Source of the DNA: an uncultured Acidobacteriota bacterium
GTDB taxonomy: Bacteria; Acidobacteriota; Thermoanaerobaculia; UBA5066; Gp7-AA6
Length of the DNA stretch: 64,000 nt
Assembly (NCBI GenBank): GCA_963765835.1
Contig: CAVXYF010000007.1
Span: forward strand, 9,654 to 73,653
Reading direction: 5' to 3'
Shown here: one piece after another, positions 59,816-64,000 of the stretch
Layout: each line of letters begins with the position of its first letter
How positions within the stretch are numbered: the first letter of the stretch is position 1
The notes under the pieces: generated by a model
What the model saw: the letters and a program-made list of their open reading frames with translations, nothing else
Told to the model about the DNA's origin: nothing
Database searches by the model: none
Position numbers and translations under genes: made by a program

Positions 59816-60978
59816 TACTGGAGGGGTAGTCTTCCCGCGAAGCCTTCCTCGTATCCGTGGAAGTACTCGAGGGCCCCCTCGGGATACTTCCAGCAGTAGT
59901 ACCCGGCGCCGGAGTCGAAGTCCACGAGCCAGAGCCCCTTGATCTCGGCGCCGAGCGAGAGAATCTCGCTCGCCCACTTCCGCACCACGTTCTGGCGCTC
60001 GTTCTCGGTCTCCTCCCCTTCGGAGAGCCGCGCGAACTTGAAGACGGCGTCGGAGGTGACCTCCTTGACCCGGGGCAGAAGGACGCGCGCCTCCTCGAGG
60101 GTGAAGATCTTCTTCTGGGGAGTATCGAGAACGACGAGCTCCGCGCCGCCCGCGGAGAGCCCGCGCTCGCGGACCACGCTGATGAGCTTCTGAACGGCCT
60201 CCGCGTCCTCCCCCTCCGAGGCGGTGACGTAGGAGTCGAGCGCGGCCAGCGCCTCGTCGGTGCGGCCGCTCTTCAGGAAAAGCAGCCCGCGCTCGCGCCG
60301 GTAGGACACCTCGTCCGGATCCAGGATCTCGGCCCAGCGGAGCGCCTCCAGGGCCTCGGCGTACTTCTCGCGACGCTCCCAGGAGCGGCGCAGGTTCGAC
60401 AGGACGCGCGAGAGGATCGCCCTCTCCGTGTCGGGCGCGAAGATCTCGTCGGGCAGGGAGAGGGCCGTGCCGAACACCGCGCTGACCCGCTGCGCGACGG
60501 AGCCGCGGTCGCGCACGACACCCCCGTCGAACGGGTCGAGATACGTGTCCTGCGGCATGTCCTGGCCACCCACGATGAAGTGGCCCGGAAGGCCGATGCC
60601 CGACAGCCGGATACCGGCCTGCCGGGCGATCTCGACCGTCGCGATCGACAGCGTGATCGGCATGCCGCGCCGCGTGGCGATGACGCGAGCCACCGAGGAG
60701 TTGCGGGGCTCGTCGTAGTCGTCCTGGTCTCCTCCGAAACCCTCCTCGTCGAAGAGGACCTGGCGGATCGCCTCCACCGGCCCGTCGCCGCCGGCGACGA
60801 GGTCCCGGATGCGGGAGGCGAACCCCGCCACGGATTCGCGCGCGGCGTCGAGGTCTTCGCTCGGGTCCACCAGCGCGGACACGAGCAGGGCGCCCTCGAA
60901 GACGTCCAGGTCGCCGCCTGCCGCGAAGAACTGGAAGCGGAGCAGGAGATCCTGGGAACCGCGTTCGGCTTCGACCAT
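59815..60978 (-). CDS. SirB1/transglutaminase-like-TPR protein fused to C-terminal DUF2203
   Basis: GF.GD..DY..PRNS, RRGMPITLS, GLPGHF and YLDPF; then FTLEEAR.LLP...LVDF...CWKYPE...FH..EEGFAGR.PL. Confidence 0.82.
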   Translation of the reverse strand: MVEAERGSQDLLLRFQFFAAGGDLDVFEGALLVSALVDPSEDLDAARESVAGFASRIRDLVAGGDGPVEAIRQVLFDEEGFGGDQDDYDEPRNSSVARVIATRRGMPITLSIATVEIARQAGIRLSGIGLPGHFIVGGQDMPQDTYLDPFDGGVVRDRGSVAQRVSAVFGTALSLPDEIFAPDTERAILSRVLSNLRRSWERREKYAEALEALRWAEILDPDEVSYRRERGLLFLKSGRTDEALAALDSYVTASEGEDAEAVQKLISVVRERGLSAGGAELVVLDTPQKKIFTLEEARVLLPRVKEVTSDAVFKFARLSEGEETENERQNVVRKWASEILSLGAEIKGLWLVDFDSGAGYYCWKYPEGALEYFHGYEEGFAGRLPLQ

Positions 60979-60983
60979 CGGGG

Positions 60984-61634
60984 TCAAGTCGAGACCTTGC
61001 GGGCGATCGCGACGCCGTCCCGCAGCGGCACGATCACCGACCGGAAGTCGCGACGCGCGAACAGGCGTCGGTTGAACTCGCGGATCCCGTCGGTCGCCTT
61101 GTCCTCCTGCTCGGGATCGACGACCTTTCCGGACCACAGCACGTTGTCCGCCAGGAGGAAGCCGCCCCGTCGCACGCGGGGGGCCGCGGCCTCGAGGGCA
61201 CGCGGGTAGCCGTCCTTGTCGATGTCGACGAAGATGACGTCGAACTCCCCGGTGGTCGACTCCAGGAGGTCCACGGCGTCGCCGACCTTGACGTCCACGC
61301 GGTCTCGAAGACCCAGGCGATCCAGGTATCCGCTCGCCTCCCGGGCATTTTTTTCACTGCCGTCGGTGTAGATGACTTTCCCTCCCGGCCCGACGGCCTT
61401 CGCGAAGAAGGCGGTCGAATAGCCGATGGCGCTCCCGAGCTCGCAGATCCGACGGGCGCCGATCGACTCGGCGAGCGTCTCGAGCAGCGTCGCCACTGCC
61501 GGCCCGACGATGGGAACGTCGCGTTCCCGCGCGACCGCTTCCATCTCCGCGATGACCGGGTCGCGTTCCGGAATCAGGTCGAGGACGTACCGGTCGAGCT
61601 CCGGCGCCACCAGAGGAATCACGAAGGCGATCAT
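60984..61634 (-). CDS. O-methyltransferase (caffeoyl-CoA/catechol type)
   Basis: ELGSAIGYS, FDVIFVDIDK and ADNVLWSG. Confidence 0.92.
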   Translation of the reverse strand: MIAFVIPLVAPELDRYVLDLIPERDPVIAEMEAVARERDVPIVGPAVATLLETLAESIGARRICELGSAIGYSTAFFAKAVGPGGKVIYTDGSEKNAREASGYLDRLGLRDRVDVKVGDAVDLLESTTGEFDVIFVDIDKDGYPRALEAAAPRVRRGGFLLADNVLWSGKVVDPEQEDKATDGIREFNRRLFARRDFRSVIVPLRDGVAIARKVST

Positions 61635-61657
61635 AGCTGTCGGCTAAGATCCCGGCC

Positions 61658-62836
61658 GTGCCTTCGGAGTCGGACCGCCTCGACGAGCTTCTGTCCGGCT
61701 TCCCGCGAGAGGATTTCGACCTGCTCGTCGAGACCCGTCGCGACCTTCACCGCCACCCCGAGCTCGCGTTCGAGGAAACCCGCACGGCCGAATTGATCGC
61801 GGGCCGGCTCCTCGGCCTCGGGCTGGCGCCGCGGACCGGCGTCGGAAAAACGGGGGTCGCGGCGGACGCCGGAGCCGCCGGGCCGCGCCTCCTCATCCGA
61901 GCCGACATGGACGGCCTGCCGATCACCGAAGCGAGCGGCGAACCGTTCGCGTCGGAGGTTGCCGGCCGCATGCACGCGTGCGGCCACGACGGCCACGTGG
62001 CCATCGCGCTCGCCGTCGCCGGGCGGCTCGGTTCCGACTCCGCCGCTCCCCCGCTGCGCTTCCTCTTTCAGCCCGCGGAGGAGCGGGGTGGCGGAGCGCT
62101 CGCGTGCGTCTCCGACGGCGCGATGGAGGACGTCCACGCCGCGATCGGCCTGCACCTCTGGAACCAGCTCCCGGTAGGAAAGGTCGGCGTCTACCGGGGC
62201 GCGATGATGGCGGCGGTCGACGAGTTCGAGATCGAGGTCGCCGGCCGCGGCGGACACGGAGCGGCTCCGCACGAAACCGCGGACCCGATCGTGGCCGCGG
62301 CGCGGATCGTGGAAGCGCTCCAGGGAATCGTCTCCCGCGAAGTCTCTCCCCTCGAAGCGGCGGTGGTCACGGTCGCGAGCATCCACGGCGGCGACGCCTT
62401 CAACATCATTCCGCCGACCGTGCGCCTGACCGGGACCGTGCGGTGGTTCGGCGAGGCGACCGGCGCCGCGATGCCCGCCAAGGTCGGCCGGATCGTGTCG
62501 GGCACGGCGGCGGCCGCGGGCGTCTCCGCCCACCTGGACTATCGGAAGCTCAGCCGGCCGGTGGTCAACGACCCCGGCGTGGCCGACGCCGTCATCGAGG
62601 TGGCGCGCCGCCTCCTCGGCCACGAGAACGTGGACACGGAGGCACGGACCCTGGGCGGCGAGGACATGTCCGTCTACCTCGACCGGGTCCCCGGCTGCTT
62701 CTTCTTCGTCGGCTCCGCGCCGGCGGGGCCACATCGGCCGCACCACTCGCCGTCTTTTGCGATCGACGAGCGCGCCCTTGTGGTCGGGGCGGTCTTGCTG
62801 GAAGCCGTCGCGAAGACAGTGGCGGGAGCCTCGTAG
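61658..62836 (+). CDS. M20D amidohydrolase
   Basis: HRHPEL, RADMDGLP, MHACGHDGH, FQPAEE and GEDM. Confidence 0.94.
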   Translation: MPSESDRLDELLSGFPREDFDLLVETRRDLHRHPELAFEETRTAELIAGRLLGLGLAPRTGVGKTGVAADAGAAGPRLLIRADMDGLPITEASGEPFASEVAGRMHACGHDGHVAIALAVAGRLGSDSAAPPLRFLFQPAEERGGGALACVSDGAMEDVHAAIGLHLWNQLPVGKVGVYRGAMMAAVDEFEIEVAGRGGHGAAPHETADPIVAAARIVEALQGIVSREVSPLEAAVVTVASIHGGDAFNIIPPTVRLTGTVRWFGEATGAAMPAKVGRIVSGTAAAAGVSAHLDYRKLSRPVVNDPGVADAVIEVARRLLGHENVDTEARTLGGEDMSVYLDRVPGCFFFVGSAPAGPHRPHHSPSFAIDERALVVGAVLLEAVAKTVAGAS

Positions 62837-62852
62837 CCGTCGCCGGAGCCGC

Positions 62853-64000
62853 TTGCAGACTCTCTCGTTCGTTTTCCTCGCCGTCTACCTCGCCGCCGTC
62901 CTCGCCATCGGTTTCCTGTACCGCCGGCGCGCCGGGCGCGACGAGGTCTCCTACTTCATCGCCGACCGCAGCCTCTCCACGTTCTGGGGGTTCCTCGGTC
63001 TGGCGTCGCTCACGACCGGCGGTTCGACGACGATCGTGCTGGCCGCCTTCGTTTACGCCAACGGCATCTCCGGACTCTGGCTCGATCTCGCGGGCGCGCT
63101 CGGCCTCGCGGCACTGGGGGTGTTCCTCGCCGCCCGCGTCCGGCGCGAGGGCGCGGTCACCCTTCCCGAGATCGTCGGGCGGCACTACGGCCCCGGCGCG
63201 CGGCAGGCGGCCGCCGTCCTCGTCCTCGTCTCGGAGATCGTGTGGTTCGCGCTGCTCATCACGGCGACCCAGACCGTGTTGACCGCGGCCCTCCGGGTCC
63301 CGGCACTGCCCGCGCTCGTCGCCTCGACCGCGGTCTTTCTGATCTACACGTCGCTCGGCGGCCAGTTCGCGGTGGCGCGCACCGACCTCGTGCAGTACGG
63401 CGTCATGGTGATCGCGATCCCGGGGCTCGCGCTGTATTTCGCGCTGCACGGTGCGAAGGGGCTCGGGGGCCTCCCGTCCGAGGCGTGGGCCTTCCCCTTC
63501 TCCCCGACGGTCCGGCCGGGCCACGTTCTCGCTCTGCTCGTCCTGGTCGGTCTGCCGCACCTCGTCGGAAGCGACGTCTACGCGAAGCTCCTCTCGTGCC
63601 GCGACGAGGCGACCGCGCGCCGGGCCGCGCTCCTCGCCGCGGTGTCCAAGATCGTTTTCGGGTTTTCCGTGGCGGCCATTGCGCTCGCCGCGCGAAAGGC
63701 GCTGCCGCCCCTGTCCCCCGGGGACGCGCTCCCGGCGGCGGTGCTCGGCTTCGCCCCGCCGGCGGCGGCCGCGCTCATCCTCGTCGCGCTCGTCGCGACC
63801 ATGCAGACCTCGGCGGACGTCGTCCTTCTTTCCGCGTGCGCCGTGACCGTGCGCGATCTCGCGCCTCCGCTTCTCGGCCGGAGCCCGGGGGTCGGGACCG
63901 CCCGGGTCCTGGCGCCGGTCTACGGAGCGCTCGGCCTCCTCGTCGCCCTCGCTTTCCGCCAGAACGTGGTCGAAACGCTCAAGCTCGGCTACTCGATCTT
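62853..64000 (+). CDS. Sodium:solute symporter family protein, partial; runs off the window
   Basis: Manual translation: YFIADRSL, TLPEIVGRHYG, YTSLGG..AVARTDLVQ and ATMQTSAD. Confidence 0.88.
   Translation, partial: MQTLSFVFLAVYLAAVLAIGFLYRRRAGRDEVSYFIADRSLSTFWGFLGLASLTTGGSTTIVLAAFVYANGISGLWLDLAGALGLAALGVFLAARVRREGAVTLPEIVGRHYGPGARQAAAVLVLVSEIVWFALLITATQTVLTAALRVPALPALVASTAVFLIYTSLGGQFAVARTDLVQYGVMVIAIPGLALYFALHGAKGLGGLPSEAWAFPFSPTVRPGHVLALLVLVGLPHLVGSDVYAKLLSCRDEATARRAALLAAVSKIVFGFSVAAIALAARKALPPLSPGDALPAAVLGFAPPAAAALILVALVATMQTSADVVLLSACAVTVRDLAPPLLGRSPGVGTARVLAPVYGALGLLVALAFRQNVVETLKLGYSI

Overview
High-GC bacterial chromosomal segment. The gene content (Oar-like TonB-dependent receptors, Ser/Thr kinase with PD40 repeats, ACIII-caa3 operon, LytTR/LytS systems, abundant REP-like repeats) suggests Acidobacteriota, probably Thermoanaerobaculia-like; this is inference only. 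From left to right: 5' end of class II ribonucleotide reductase nrdJ with sigma70 promoter and tandem NrdR boxes; erpA/iscA; two toxin-antitoxin loci whose toxins are both broken (hicAB, mazEF); secreted M4 protease; LamG protein; PD40 protein; marR-msrP operon; transporters; a LytTR regulator with a pseudo-kinase/kinase pair; sulfate ABC operon with a CysA-USP fusion and a deleted porin; two TonB-dependent receptors; a catalytically dead beta-lactamase-family protein and a small Cys-motif protein; FAD/Fe-S oxidoreductase; frameshifted cardiolipin synthase; a 12-gene alternative complex III plus caa3 oxidase operon; Ser/Thr kinase; housekeeping genes. No rRNA, tRNA, CRISPR array, transposase or integrase was seen. 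Best leads: (1) a 21-bp-periodic TCGTCC-like motif upstream of the protease, the receptors and the dead beta-lactamase, suggesting a LytTR regulon built around pseudo-enzymes; (2) a tandem structured element at 59564-59815 with compensatory base changes; (3) palindromic repeats translated inside proteins, including cytochrome oxidase subunit II. Several single-base frameshifts may be sequencing errors.
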